Origin: an uncultured Methanosarcinales archaeon | Lineage (GTDB): Archaea; Nanobdellota; Nanobdellia; Woesearchaeales; CAZPJY01 | Direction: 5' to 3' | DNA length: 34,671 bases | NCBI GenBank assembly: GCA_964587045.1 | Contig: CAZPJY010000021.1 | Location: 1 to 34,671 of the forward strand | Part shown: one piece after another, positions 25,953 through 34,671 of the stretch | Layout of the letters: every line of letters begins with the position of its first letter | Numbering within the stretch: position 1 is the first letter of the stretch | The notes under the pieces: model-generated | What the model was told of the DNA's origin: nothing | The model's database searches: none | The model's input: the letters and a program-made list of their open reading frames with translations, nothing else | Translations under genes and position numbers: made by a program

Positions 25953-26495
25953 ATGAGATGTGCATGCGGGAGCAAGGCGACTGTTTTTCCCAAGTACACC
26001 CGGCTTACATATTGCGGCAGATGCTTTTCCAAGCTGCTAGAAAAAAGAGTTAAGAGGGAAATCAGGAAAAGGGGAACCTTCAGCCGCGAGGACATAATCA
26101 CTGTCGAAGATGACGGATCAGCAGTAGGCCAAGCATGCCTCCACCTGCTCAGGCAGATACTAAAGGATGTCGGCTGTAGGATAACCGAAGGAGACAACGG
26201 GAAGATATTCATCCCAGCCTGGCCTGCAGATAGCGAGGCCGCCTTCCTTATATCCAAGATGGCAGGCATAAGCTGCAATAGGCCAAAAGGCATCCATCTC
26301 ATGACCCAGATCCTAATCAGCGACTGTGAGGCCTACTGCAAAATCCATAGGATTAAATACCATAATAAACGTAATTCCTGCGGGGAGACAGGGTCTCTTC
26401 TGTCACACATCTCAAATGAGTATCCCCAAACAATATTTTCGATTGTGAGAAGCAAAACTAAACTGGAAAATTGGTACGCACAGAACACATACTGA
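25953..26495 (+). CDS. short degenerate TtuA/Ncs6-like protein
   Basis: N-terminal Zn finger MRCACG...YCGRCF..LEKRVKREIRK as in TtuA/Ncs6. The PP-loop position reads EDDGSAVG instead of SGGKDS. Confidence 0.6.
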   Translation: MRCACGSKATVFPKYTRLTYCGRCFSKLLEKRVKREIRKRGTFSREDIITVEDDGSAVGQACLHLLRQILKDVGCRITEGDNGKIFIPAWPADSEAAFLISKMAGISCNRPKGIHLMTQILISDCEAYCKIHRIKYHNKRNSCGETGSLLSHISNEYPQTIFSIVRSKTKLENWYAQNTY

Positions 26496-26962
26496 TGATT
26501 GTAGGAATACTGATTGGCCTGGGACTAGTGCTTGCGCTCGTAACGCTGGTCAACACCACAATAGATGAGAAAATGGGCGTCGAAGGCGCAAACGAAAGCC
26601 TCTACAAGGCCGACTCCCCATGGAACTACAGGATAGACAAGCTATCGTTCTACCAAGACACAATCATGGATATCCAAGGCACATCCTGGAATGAGCTATG
26701 CCCAACGGCCGAAGAGGACACAATAATTATCACCTTAGCTGTCAGCGTCAAGGACGCACCGAACCAGTGCCAGTTCTTCGTTGACCAGTTCCTGGCCAAG
26801 AGGATCACAGACCTGACACCGCCATGCTATCCTAATTGCGGTGTGGACGAGATGTTTAACACCATGGAGCTGGGCAGGGGCAGCGTCAAGCAGGAACACC
26901 TGATCCGCATATGCTGTGATGATCTCTGTTCTGAGAAGCTTCTGAGGAATCCATGCGGATAG
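26471..26962 (+). CDS. membrane-anchored exported Cys-rich protein
   Basis: N-terminal TM (ILMIVGILIGLGLVLALVTLV) and 8 Cys in the soluble part. Confidence 0.8.
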   Translation: MVRTEHILMIVGILIGLGLVLALVTLVNTTIDEKMGVEGANESLYKADSPWNYRIDKLSFYQDTIMDIQGTSWNELCPTAEEDTIIITLAVSVKDAPNQCQFFVDQFLAKRITDLTPPCYPNCGVDEMFNTMELGRGSVKQEHLIRICCDDLCSEKLLRNPCG

Positions 26963-27016
26963 GTTCCGGCAGGAATTGGATAAGAGTTAAAACTGCGCGT
27001 CCGCGGGATGTGACAA

Positions 27017-27949
27017 ATGAAGGTCGCCTCCCTGGTTTTAATCGTCCTACTCACCGCGTCTTTTTCCTATATGACCTTCGGCAACTACAAACCCTACAGG
27101 GAGCCGCCCAGTGAGGACGGTGTCGAGGTCTCCGTCTATTTCTGCCCTGATTGCCTCGGTCCCATGTTGCAGGAGATTGAGGCAGCCGAACGTGCCGATT
27201 GCGCACTCTTCGAGCTGGACAACGAGATAGGGCAAGCGCTGAACAGGACAGATTACAGGATAGTTGTGGAAAAGGGGCAGTACAAGGACCTGGGAATGGT
27301 GATAAGGAATGACACCAACCCAGCCTACATGCACAACAAGTACTGCATCCTCGACAACAGTACTGTGATAACCGGCTCGACCAACCCGACATGGAGGGGT
27401 TTGCATGAAAACCACAACAACATGCTGATCATAAGGTCGAAGGTGATTGCGCAAAGCTACGCAGAGGAGTTCGGCGAGCTTTGGAATGGGGAGGGAGACA
27501 GCGAGAACACCAAGTTCATAATTGACGGCATGGTTTGGTACCTGATGTTCTGCCCAAAAGATGCCTGCCACGACCTTCTGGTCCAGCTGATATCAGCAGC
27601 AAAGAGAAGAGTGCTTTTCATGGCCTTCTCATTTACCGACAAAGAGGTGGCAGCTGCGCTGCTCGAGGCAAAGGGCAGAGGCTTACAGGTTAGGGGAGTG
27701 GTTGAGGGGAGGTGGGCAGGCGCGAGCTATTCCGCGGTCCCGCTGGTAAACGACACGTTCAGTGTCCTCGAGCTCAAAGACAAGGGCTTCATGCACCACA
27801 AGGTATTCATCGTGGATGACGTTGTCGTGACCGGGTCCGCCAACCCAACATGGAGCGGCTTCTATTCCAATGATGAGAACATGATTGTCATCAACCGCAG
27901 CGAGGTTGCAGAGATGTACGCGCATGAGTTCGAACGCCTCACCAAATGA
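27017..27949 (+). CDS. phospholipase D / nuclease family protein with two HKD motifs, exported
   Basis: HNKYCILD...GSTN and HHKVFIVD...GSAN, plus an N-terminal signal or anchor. Confidence 0.92.
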   Translation: MKVASLVLIVLLTASFSYMTFGNYKPYREPPSEDGVEVSVYFCPDCLGPMLQEIEAAERADCALFELDNEIGQALNRTDYRIVVEKGQYKDLGMVIRNDTNPAYMHNKYCILDNSTVITGSTNPTWRGLHENHNNMLIIRSKVIAQSYAEEFGELWNGEGDSENTKFIIDGMVWYLMFCPKDACHDLLVQLISAAKRRVLFMAFSFTDKEVAAALLEAKGRGLQVRGVVEGRWAGASYSAVPLVNDTFSVLELKDKGFMHHKVFIVDDVVVTGSANPTWSGFYSNDENMIVINRSEVAEMYAHEFERLTK

Positions 27950-27979
27950 TATTTATACCACCTCCATACACACTATTCC

Positions 27980-29503
27980 ATGTGCGGTATTCTAGGGGTA
28001 ATCACACCGAACGATGAGGTGTTCAAGCAACTTTACGTAGGACTGCTCGCCCTGCAGCACCGCGGACAGGATGCTGCCGGAATGGTGACATGGGATGGTA
28101 AGCGCTTCTACGACCACAAGAACACCGGACTGGTAGAATACGCCTTCAAGGGAAAGACCCCAAAAGACCTGCCCGGTCATCAGGGTATAGGCCACGTAAG
28201 ATACGTCACCCACGGTGAGGGATTCGCAAGGGACGCCCAGCCCTTCCTGCTACAAGCCCCATACGGAATAGCGATGGCGCACAACGGCAACGTCACCAAC
28301 TACGGCCAGCTTGAAAAGGAGCTGCGCATAGCGCCAGGATGCGATCTGGAGACGATCCTTCACATATTCAACAACGAGCTTATAAAGCGGGACTTCAAGA
28401 GGCGAGTTAAGGCCGATCCCAACATAACGCTGATGGACCTGCTGGACTCCCCAGACGAGCTGCTGGACATCGAGGAGCTGACCGATGATGACATTTTCAA
28501 GGCCACAGGAAACCTCATGAAAAGGGTGCAGGGCGCATATTCGGTGATTGCAAGCATCGCGGGCAAGGGCCTTCTGGCCTTCCGCGACCCTTATGGCATA
28601 AGGCCACTCATCTGGGGAAAGAAAGAGTCTACTGAAGCCATAAGCCACGCCTTCGCCTCGGAATCCAGGGCGTTTGACACCTTGGGCTATGATGTCTTGA
28701 GGGATTTGAAGCCGGGGGAAGCGGTTCTGGTCAAGGAGAACGGCAACTCCCTCCACCGCCAGGTGGCCCAATCGAAGGGCCTGCACACCTGCATCTTCGA
28801 ATACATCTACTTCGCGCTCGCAGACTCGGTGATTGATGGCCAGAGCGTCTCCCAAGCCAGGCATGAGATGGGAGTTAACCTGGCGGACCGGGTCAAGGAG
28901 GCTGGCATCATGCCTGATGTGGTAATCGACACACCGAACACGTCCACCCACGCTGCCAGGGCCACAGCGAAATACTTCGGCATGATCCCTTACAGGCAGG
29001 GATTCATCAAGAACAACTATGTAATCAGGACATTCATCATGGCCCAGCAGTGGCTCAGGGAATTCATGGTGGACATCAAGCTCAATGTGGACAAGGCTGT
29101 GGTATTTAAGAAGAAAATCCTCGACATTGACGACTGCATCGTGAGGGGCACGACCGGCAAGAAGCTGGTAAGCAAGCTCCGTCAAGCAGAGGCAACGGAG
29201 GTCTACCTGGGCTCGTCCGCACCCCCTATCAAACACACCTGTCCGTATGGCATTGACATGTCCACCGAAGGCGAACTGATCGCAGCCAAGAAGAGCATCC
29301 CCGAAATCCAGGAGGAACTGGGAGCAGACGCTTTGATATACCAGAATCTTGAAGACTTGGGAAAATGTGTGCCAAGACTGGACACCTTCTGCGACGCATG
29401 CTTCTCAGGGACCTATCCAACCGGCATCTCTGCTGAGGATTTGGCCAAGATTAGCGGTGACAGGAGGGCTGTGAAGAGCATATCCGCCCAACAAAAGTTT
29501 TAA
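27980..29503 (+). CDS. purF: amidophosphoribosyltransferase
   Basis: N-terminal MCGI, LQHRGQD, GHVRY, AHNGN, RDPYGIRPL, CIFEYIYF, DDCIVRGTT, CPYGIDM and CDACF (Fe-S Cys set). Confidence 0.93.
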   Translation: MCGILGVITPNDEVFKQLYVGLLALQHRGQDAAGMVTWDGKRFYDHKNTGLVEYAFKGKTPKDLPGHQGIGHVRYVTHGEGFARDAQPFLLQAPYGIAMAHNGNVTNYGQLEKELRIAPGCDLETILHIFNNELIKRDFKRRVKADPNITLMDLLDSPDELLDIEELTDDDIFKATGNLMKRVQGAYSVIASIAGKGLLAFRDPYGIRPLIWGKKESTEAISHAFASESRAFDTLGYDVLRDLKPGEAVLVKENGNSLHRQVAQSKGLHTCIFEYIYFALADSVIDGQSVSQARHEMGVNLADRVKEAGIMPDVVIDTPNTSTHAARATAKYFGMIPYRQGFIKNNYVIRTFIMAQQWLREFMVDIKLNVDKAVVFKKKILDIDDCIVRGTTGKKLVSKLRQAEATEVYLGSSAPPIKHTCPYGIDMSTEGELIAAKKSIPEIQEELGADALIYQNLEDLGKCVPRLDTFCDACFSGTYPTGISAEDLAKISGDRRAVKSISAQQKF

Positions 29504-29551
29504 ATAATGCACTTAGTTCTCCCGAAATATCAATTAGAGGAGGGAAACCCA

Positions 29552-29959
29552 ATGACAATAGTGTCCATCAACTTCACAAAGCTCAACGCGAAGCGAATCA
29601 AGCCTTTAAAAGGCCAGATTAAGATTCAGAACAACATCAATCTCAAGGATGTCAAGCCTTCGGAGATAGGAACCGGGAAGGGCAAGAAGGATGCGCTCAA
29701 TATTACCTTCTCGTTTAAATCCAATTACGAGCCAAAGCTGGGCTCTATCGAGATCGAAGGGAACCTGGTGTACGTAGGTGCAGAGAAGGAAGTCAAGAGC
29801 GCAGTGACCGCTTGGGGCAAGGACAAGAAGGTCCCGCCAGAGATCGCGCAGGAGGCCCTCAACAACGCGCTTTCGAGGTGCACCCTGCAGGCCCTGGTTA
29901 TGTCCAGGGATATAGGGCTGCCCCCACCAATCCAGCTCCCAACAGTGAAAAGCAAGTAG
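29552..29959 (+). CDS. conserved archaeal protein with probable SecB-like fold
   Basis: Beta-strand pattern, then a helix and the terminal [14 protein letters not shown], which resembles the SecB C-terminal GxPP..LP element. SD GAGGAGG before ATG 29552. Confidence 0.6.
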   Translation: MTIVSINFTKLNAKRIKPLKGQIKIQNNINLKDVKPSEIGTGKGKKDALNITFSFKSNYEPKLGSIEIEGNLVYVGAEKEVKSAVTAWGKDKKVPPEIAQEALNNALSRCTLQALVMSRDIGLPPPIQLPTVKSK

Positions 29960-29966
29960 GATTCTC

Positions 29967-32243
29967 ATGGAAGACCTAACCCTCAAGGTTGCTGAAGCCA
30001 TACAGGATGATGTGAATAAGGGCATTGTTAGGATAGACTCCAATCAGATGCATTCAATAGGCCTGAGGCCAGGGGACTTCGTCGAGATCGAAGGCGAAAG
30101 GAAGACCGTGGCCATCGTCGACAGGAGCTACCCCGGCGACATAGGCCTCAGCATCATAAGGATGGACGGAATCATCCGCCGCAACGCAAAGACCAGCATC
30201 TCAGAGTTCGTAAAAGTCAGGAAGGCAGAGATCAAGGAGGCCAAGAAGGTCTCAATCGCCCCGGCAAGGAAAGGCATCATCGTCAAGGCCGACCCGATGA
30301 TATTCAAGCAGGGCCTGCTGGGCCGCGCAGTCTACAAGGGAGACATCGTCATCCTGGGCGGCACCTTCTCAAGGAAGAATGCCATGAGCGGCAACCCGCT
30401 TTTCGACGACATATTCTCGATGCTGGGGGAGACAGGGATAGGTTTCGGCCTTGGGGACCTGAAGTTCATCGTCACAAATACCGACCCAAAAACCGGCGCC
30501 CTGGTAATAACCGAACGCACCCAGGTCGAATTCAATCCAGAGGCCACTGAGGTCAAGGAAGAGAAGATGCCTGAGGTCACCTATGAGGACATAGGTGGGC
30601 TTTCCGATGAGACCAGGAAGGTCAGGGAGATGGTGGAACTGCCGCTCAAATACCCGGAGCTCTTCGAACGCCTGGGGATTGAACCCCCAAAGGGTGTCCT
30701 TCTGCACGGGCCGCCAGGGACAGGCAAGACCCTGCTCGCCAAGGCTGTCGCAGGCGAGACCAACTCAAACTTCACGGTTATAAACGGCCCTGAGATCATG
30801 AGCAAATTCTACGGCCAAAGCGAAGAGAACCTCAGGAAAATCTTCGAAGAGGCCGAGAAGAACTCGCCAAGCATCATATTCATAGATGAAATAGACGCAA
30901 TCGCTCCCAAACGTGAGGAGTCGAAAGGCGAGGTCGAGAGACGCGTCGTCGCTCAGCTTCTCGCGTTGATGGACGGTTTGAAATCCAGGGGTAAAGTCGT
31001 TGTCATCGCAGCGACCAACGTGCCAAACATCATCGACCCTGCACTGAGGAGGCCGGGAAGGTTCGACCGTGAGCTCGAGATAGGGGTGCCATCGATCGAC
31101 GGCAGGCTGGACATCCTCAAGATCCACACCCGCAACATGCCCCTGCACAGCAACGTCAAGCTGGACCGGATTGCGCAGATAACCCACGGCTTCGTCGGAG
31201 CCGACCTCTCAGCACTGGCCAAGGAAGCGGCGATGACTCTGCTCAGACGCATCCTGCCCCAGCTCAAGCTCAAAGACGAGGAGCCAATACCAAAGGACGT
31301 CCTCGAGAAGCTCAAGATAACTATGAAGGACTTCAAGCAGGCCCTCAGAACAGTCCGCCCGAGCGCGATGCGCGAGGTGCTAATCGAGGTGCCAGACGTA
31401 AAATGGGATGATATCGGAGGCATGAAAGACGTCAAGCAGGAGCTGATTGAAGCTGTCGAGTGGCCTCTCAAGCACCCTGAGGCCTTCAGGCGCATGGGCG
31501 TCAGCCCGCCTAAGGGTATCATGCTCTATGGCGCTCCAGGAACAGGCAAGACTATGCTTGCCAAGGCTGTGGCCAATGAGAGCGAGGCCAACTTCATACT
31601 CGTGAAAGGTCCAGAGCTCCTCTCGAAATGGGTGGGTGAAAGCGAAAAGGCCGTAAGAGAGGTCTTCAAGAAGGCGAGGCAGGCAGCCCCGACCATCATA
31701 TTCTTCGACGAGCTGGACTCCCTCGCTCCGAGGAGGGGCGTAAGCCAGGACAGCAACGTCACCGAGCGGGTCGTCAACCAGCTACTGACCGAGATCGACG
31801 GCCTGGAGAACCTAAACGATATAGTGATCATCGCAGCGACCAACAGGCCCGACATGATTGATACCGCCTTGCTGCGCCCCGGGCGTTTCGACAGGATAAT
31901 CCTAACTCCCGTACCTGACCTGGCAGGCAGGAAGAAGATCTTCGAGGTCCACACCAAAAACATGCCCCTCACCAAGGACGTCGACATCGACGAGCTGGCC
32001 AAGACCACCCAGCACCTGGTAGGAGCCGACATCGAGTCCGTATGCAGGGAAGCTGCCATACTGACTCTTAGGAAGGACATGAAGGCAACACAGGTTTCCA
32101 TGAAGCATTTCAAGGAAGCGCTGAACCAGGTCCGGCCGTCCGCACCCCCCGAAGTCGAGAAGATCTACAAGGAAGTGGAATCTACCTTCCGCTCAGCTAG
32201 GGGGAAGGAGATGATCGACCAGCGTCCCAGCTACATGGGCTAG
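29967..32243 (+). CDS. cdc48: CDC48/VCP family AAA+ ATPase
   Basis: N domain plus two AAA modules: [26 protein letters not shown] and [26 protein letters not shown]. Confidence 0.97.
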   Translation: MEDLTLKVAEAIQDDVNKGIVRIDSNQMHSIGLRPGDFVEIEGERKTVAIVDRSYPGDIGLSIIRMDGIIRRNAKTSISEFVKVRKAEIKEAKKVSIAPARKGIIVKADPMIFKQGLLGRAVYKGDIVILGGTFSRKNAMSGNPLFDDIFSMLGETGIGFGLGDLKFIVTNTDPKTGALVITERTQVEFNPEATEVKEEKMPEVTYEDIGGLSDETRKVREMVELPLKYPELFERLGIEPPKGVLLHGPPGTGKTLLAKAVAGETNSNFTVINGPEIMSKFYGQSEENLRKIFEEAEKNSPSIIFIDEIDAIAPKREESKGEVERRVVAQLLALMDGLKSRGKVVVIAATNVPNIIDPALRRPGRFDRELEIGVPSIDGRLDILKIHTRNMPLHSNVKLDRIAQITHGFVGADLSALAKEAAMTLLRRILPQLKLKDEEPIPKDVLEKLKITMKDFKQALRTVRPSAMREVLIEVPDVKWDDIGGMKDVKQELIEAVEWPLKHPEAFRRMGVSPPKGIMLYGAPGTGKTMLAKAVANESEANFILVKGPELLSKWVGESEKAVREVFKKARQAAPTIIFFDELDSLAPRRGVSQDSNVTERVVNQLLTEIDGLENLNDIVIIAATNRPDMIDTALLRPGRFDRIILTPVPDLAGRKKIFEVHTKNMPLTKDVDIDELAKTTQHLVGADIESVCREAAILTLRKDMKATQVSMKHFKEALNQVRPSAPPEVEKIYKEVESTFRSARGKEMIDQRPSYMG

Positions 32244-32650
32244 AAGCTGGTGACAATATCCATCTTGGCTGTATTCTTTTTGAGAACTGAGTTGTAGAGG
32301 CTCTCGAACCTCGCAGCAGAGAACCGAACTCTCTTAACGCTATCGCAAATCAGGCTTGAGGTGAGATTCGGGCCTCCATACTGCTCTGATTGTTCGAGCA
32401 CCTTGCCAGCAAGGGTCTCGGAGACGTCAAGTAATAGGGCTGTGAGGTCATCTGGTGAGGGCGACCTCCCAGCGTCGTAGGCCGCAACATGCCATTGCCC
32501 GGTCTTCGGCTCAAGATCCTTCTTCTTGACTATGTAGGCGAACGTGTGGGCCGGCTCGCCAACCCTTATGATCGCATCGATGTGCTGCTTTATTCGGGCA
32601 TTTTCAGTCCATACCTTGTACATGCCACTGATCCTGAGGTATCTTGCCAT
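32240..32650 (-). CDS. hypothetical protein
   Basis: ATG 32650 lies 2 nt after the upstream stop. Converges on cdc48 with a shared CTAG. Confidence 0.7.
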   Translation of the reverse strand: MARYLRISGMYKVWTENARIKQHIDAIIRVGEPAHTFAYIVKKKDLEPKTGQWHVAAYDAGRSPSPDDLTALLLDVSETLAGKVLEQSEQYGGPNLTSSLICDSVKRVRFSAARFESLYNSVLKKNTAKMDIVTSF

Positions 32651-32652
32651 CG

Positions 32653-33075
32653 TCAAAGCCTGCTTAGCCAATCTATGATCTTTTTCTGCTGGTGGATCAT
32701 CTGGTTGTAGTATCCAGTAATCGCATGCGCTCCGGTGTAAAGCTCGAGAAAGATCTCCTCATCCCACCACAAGGCCTTTGGAGGTTCTGACAGGATGAAA
32801 TGTGATTTCCCTTGTTTCACATGGAATTTTCCTCCACCCTCAAGGGATTTTTCCAGGAGGGCGCCGAGGTCGTCATCGTGGATGCGAACCATTGCCACCT
32901 CACCGACGTCACGCTCATCCTTCTTTATCACTTTCGCGACAAATCGGAGGCCTTCTCCCTTGTGTGCCGGGCTGACAACTGCAGTTATCTGCTGCTTTTC
33001 CTCGATGGGCTCGCTCTCTGCGCCCACGCCCATGAAGGATGTATAGGTTCCGGTTATCTTGTAGTATTCTACCAT
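32653..33075 (-). CDS. hypothetical protein
   Basis: 140-aa ORF with a TTAAATA box about 25 nt upstream on the minus strand. Confidence 0.72.
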   Translation of the reverse strand: MVEYYKITGTYTSFMGVGAESEPIEEKQQITAVVSPAHKGEGLRFVAKVIKKDERDVGEVAMVRIHDDDLGALLEKSLEGGGKFHVKQGKSHFILSEPPKALWWDEEIFLELYTGAHAITGYYNQMIHQQKKIIDWLSRL

Positions 33076-33103
33076 CGCGTTCGGGGAGGAAAGGGTGGAA
33101 TAT

Positions 33104-33913
33104 TTAAGGCTTGCTGCGGACGAGCTGGGTAGAGAATGTCTTTGGGTTCACAAGCAGCCCGTCCTTTGCCGCAACGCAAGGGACGCCTGTCTCCTTGCTT
33201 ATCCGCCTTGCCGTTATCAGGGGGTCGCTCTTCAGCATCTTGATCCCGAAATGCGTGATGATCGCAAGCTTGGGCTTGACTTGGCTGACGAGCTCTATCG
33301 CGTCGAGAACGTTGAGGTTGCCGGGCTCTTTCACTTCCTCAGTGTTCTTCACATTCAATATGAGGACCTTAACACCCCTAAACTTCTTGGCCAGCTCTGG
33401 GAACAGACCTGTGTCAGAAGTGTAAGCTACCGAAATATCCTTGGTCTTGAATATGAAACCGACGCCGTGAGGGTCATCATGCATGGTGGGAGTGGCGACG
33501 ATCTCAACCTCGTTGATGCCGACCCGCTGGCCCTGCTCGATGGCCATGCTCTTCTCGAAATGGCCTTTGTAATAGTTGTTAAGGAAAGGGTCGAAGGTCT
33601 CAGATCCATTATAGGCCGTCTTATTGGCGACGAGCACACCCCTCTTGTCCAGACCGCCGTAGGTCATCGCTGACACGACAGCGTTGACTCCTCCCGTGTG
33701 GTTTAGATGGTTGTGGGAGATGAAAAGGGCTATTGTAGCACGCAGATCAACATTGTATCTGGCTGCCTGCACGACGGCACCGGGTCCTGGGTCAATGACG
33801 AACTGATTCCCCTCAAGAGTCAGGACAATCCCGCCTGACGCTAGAAGCTGCTTTCCGACGACCAAAGTGTCGCCTCCTGATCCGAGGAACAAGATTTCCG
33901 CGTTCTTTGGCAT
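33104..33913 (-). CDS. MBL-fold metallo-hydrolase
   Basis: FLGSGG, IDPGPG, SHNHLNH, TMHDD, YTSDT and ITHFG motifs. SD GGGGGTG before ATG 33913 (alternative start 33934). Confidence 0.88.
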   Translation of the reverse strand: MPKNAEILFLGSGGDTLVVGKQLLASGGIVLTLEGNQFVIDPGPGAVVQAARYNVDLRATIALFISHNHLNHTGGVNAVVSAMTYGGLDKRGVLVANKTAYNGSETFDPFLNNYYKGHFEKSMAIEQGQRVGINEVEIVATPTMHDDPHGVGFIFKTKDISVAYTSDTGLFPELAKKFRGVKVLILNVKNTEEVKEPGNLNVLDAIELVSQVKPKLAIITHFGIKMLKSDPLITARRISKETGVPCVAAKDGLLVNPKTFSTQLVRSKP

Positions 33914-33952
33914 TTGAGCACCCCCTGAGAGCATGTCAATTCCGGCTTGTAT

Positions 33953-34579
33953 TTAAAGTTTATCCTCTGCGAGCCCCTTGATTACGAGGGAGGGCATCTG
34001 CTTGAGGGTTTCCACAAGCTCCATATTGCCAACCAGTTCAGCTATCTTGCCGTTTATCTTGGCATCAGCCCCTTTCGGGAGCTGGAGCAATCTGTAAATC
34101 CCGGATCTCGACTCGTCATTCGGCTTCCTTGACAGGTATGCCTTGATCCCTTGGTGCCATAGCCTGATATGCTCATCGTCTATCCCCAAGAGCTCCTCAT
34201 CATTGAGGATGGTATCGAACATTGAGCATACCTCTTTCCAGTCATGCACCTCATCATAAAATAGCATATCCTCAATGAACTTGATCGCGACTATCGAGAG
34301 CCTGTCTACCGCAGCCCTTCTGTACGACTCATGTTCAAGGAGGACTTTTTTCCTCACCCTGTCAATCAGGGAATGGAACATGTATCCTGAAAGGAAGGAT
34401 TCGGCTTCCCTGACCTCGCTGAAACCATGGACCGGGTGGGTCTCATCCCTTGTGACTGAGCCCAGATACCTGACATCCGGCAGGCTCGTGCCGATTATGA
34501 ACCTCTTGCGGTCTTTGCCTTTCAGAAGTTTTTCCATAGCCATCTCGGCAATCAGAATGTGAGTGATCGGCGTCGCCAT
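33953..34579 (-). CDS. zinc-dependent phospholipase C-like / metal-dependent hydrolase
   Basis: MATPITH, GTSLPD, ETH and GYMFHSLID follow the Zn-dependent PLC-like pattern. Confidence 0.7.
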   Translation of the reverse strand: MATPITHILIAEMAMEKLLKGKDRKRFIIGTSLPDVRYLGSVTRDETHPVHGFSEVREAESFLSGYMFHSLIDRVRKKVLLEHESYRRAAVDRLSIVAIKFIEDMLFYDEVHDWKEVCSMFDTILNDEELLGIDDEHIRLWHQGIKAYLSRKPNDESRSGIYRLLQLPKGADAKINGKIAELVGNMELVETLKQMPSLVIKGLAEDKL

Positions 34580-34632
34580 AAAGACGAGAAAAAGGACTGT
34601 TGTATTTGAATCTAACGAAACCTTTTTAACTG

Positions 34633-34671
34633 CTCCCGGCTTCACCCTACCCGGACAGGCTAGACCGGGAG
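34633..34671. repeat. GC-rich inverted repeat/hairpin at the window edge
   Basis: CTCCCGG (34633-34639) and CCGGGAG (34665-34671) enclose a second short stem. Confidence 0.5.

Noticed and set aside
28250..29236. 328-aa antisense ORF within purF
   Set aside because: Lies entirely opposite purF and shows no protein family signal.
30953..32113. Consecutive long antisense ORFs within cdc48
   Set aside because: Reverse-frame shadows of a conserved gene.
1..34671. CRISPR array, prophage, integrase or IS element
   Set aside because: No regularly spaced repeats and no recombinase, transposase or virion motifs were recognised by eye.

Overview
Compact archaeal chromosomal segment, most consistent with a DPANN/Nanobdellota archaeon such as a woesearchaeote. 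This is inferred from archaeal BRE/TATA promoters, CDC48, translin, a COG1750-type Lon protease and short, often overlapping gene junctions. It opens with the 3' part of tRNA-Phe(GAA). A roughly 7.5-kb envelope locus follows: a type IV pilus/secretion-superfamily ATPase with a long N-terminal extension, a double-length TadB/TadC-like platform protein, two coiled-coil proteins and three tandem paralogous 5-TM proteins, with no recognisable pilin. Next come translin-gatC-gatA, an MBL hydrolase, a bacterial-type AspRS with non-discriminating signatures, a membrane/CYTH-like fusion, peptidases, topA, an NrtR-like regulator with a candidate operator, a three-gene orphan operon, an MFS transporter, a metzincin, a degenerate TtuA-like protein, PLD, purF, a SecB-like gene with cdc48, and several hydrolases and orphans. 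No CRISPR array, rRNA, integrase or transposase was seen. The best candidates for new biology are the pilin-less ATPase/TadC/coiled-coil/5-TM locus and a shared ACTAC-N18/19-BRE-TATA promoter architecture, one copy of which points at an unannotated hairpin transcript. All calls come from reading motifs by eye; no database searches were run.
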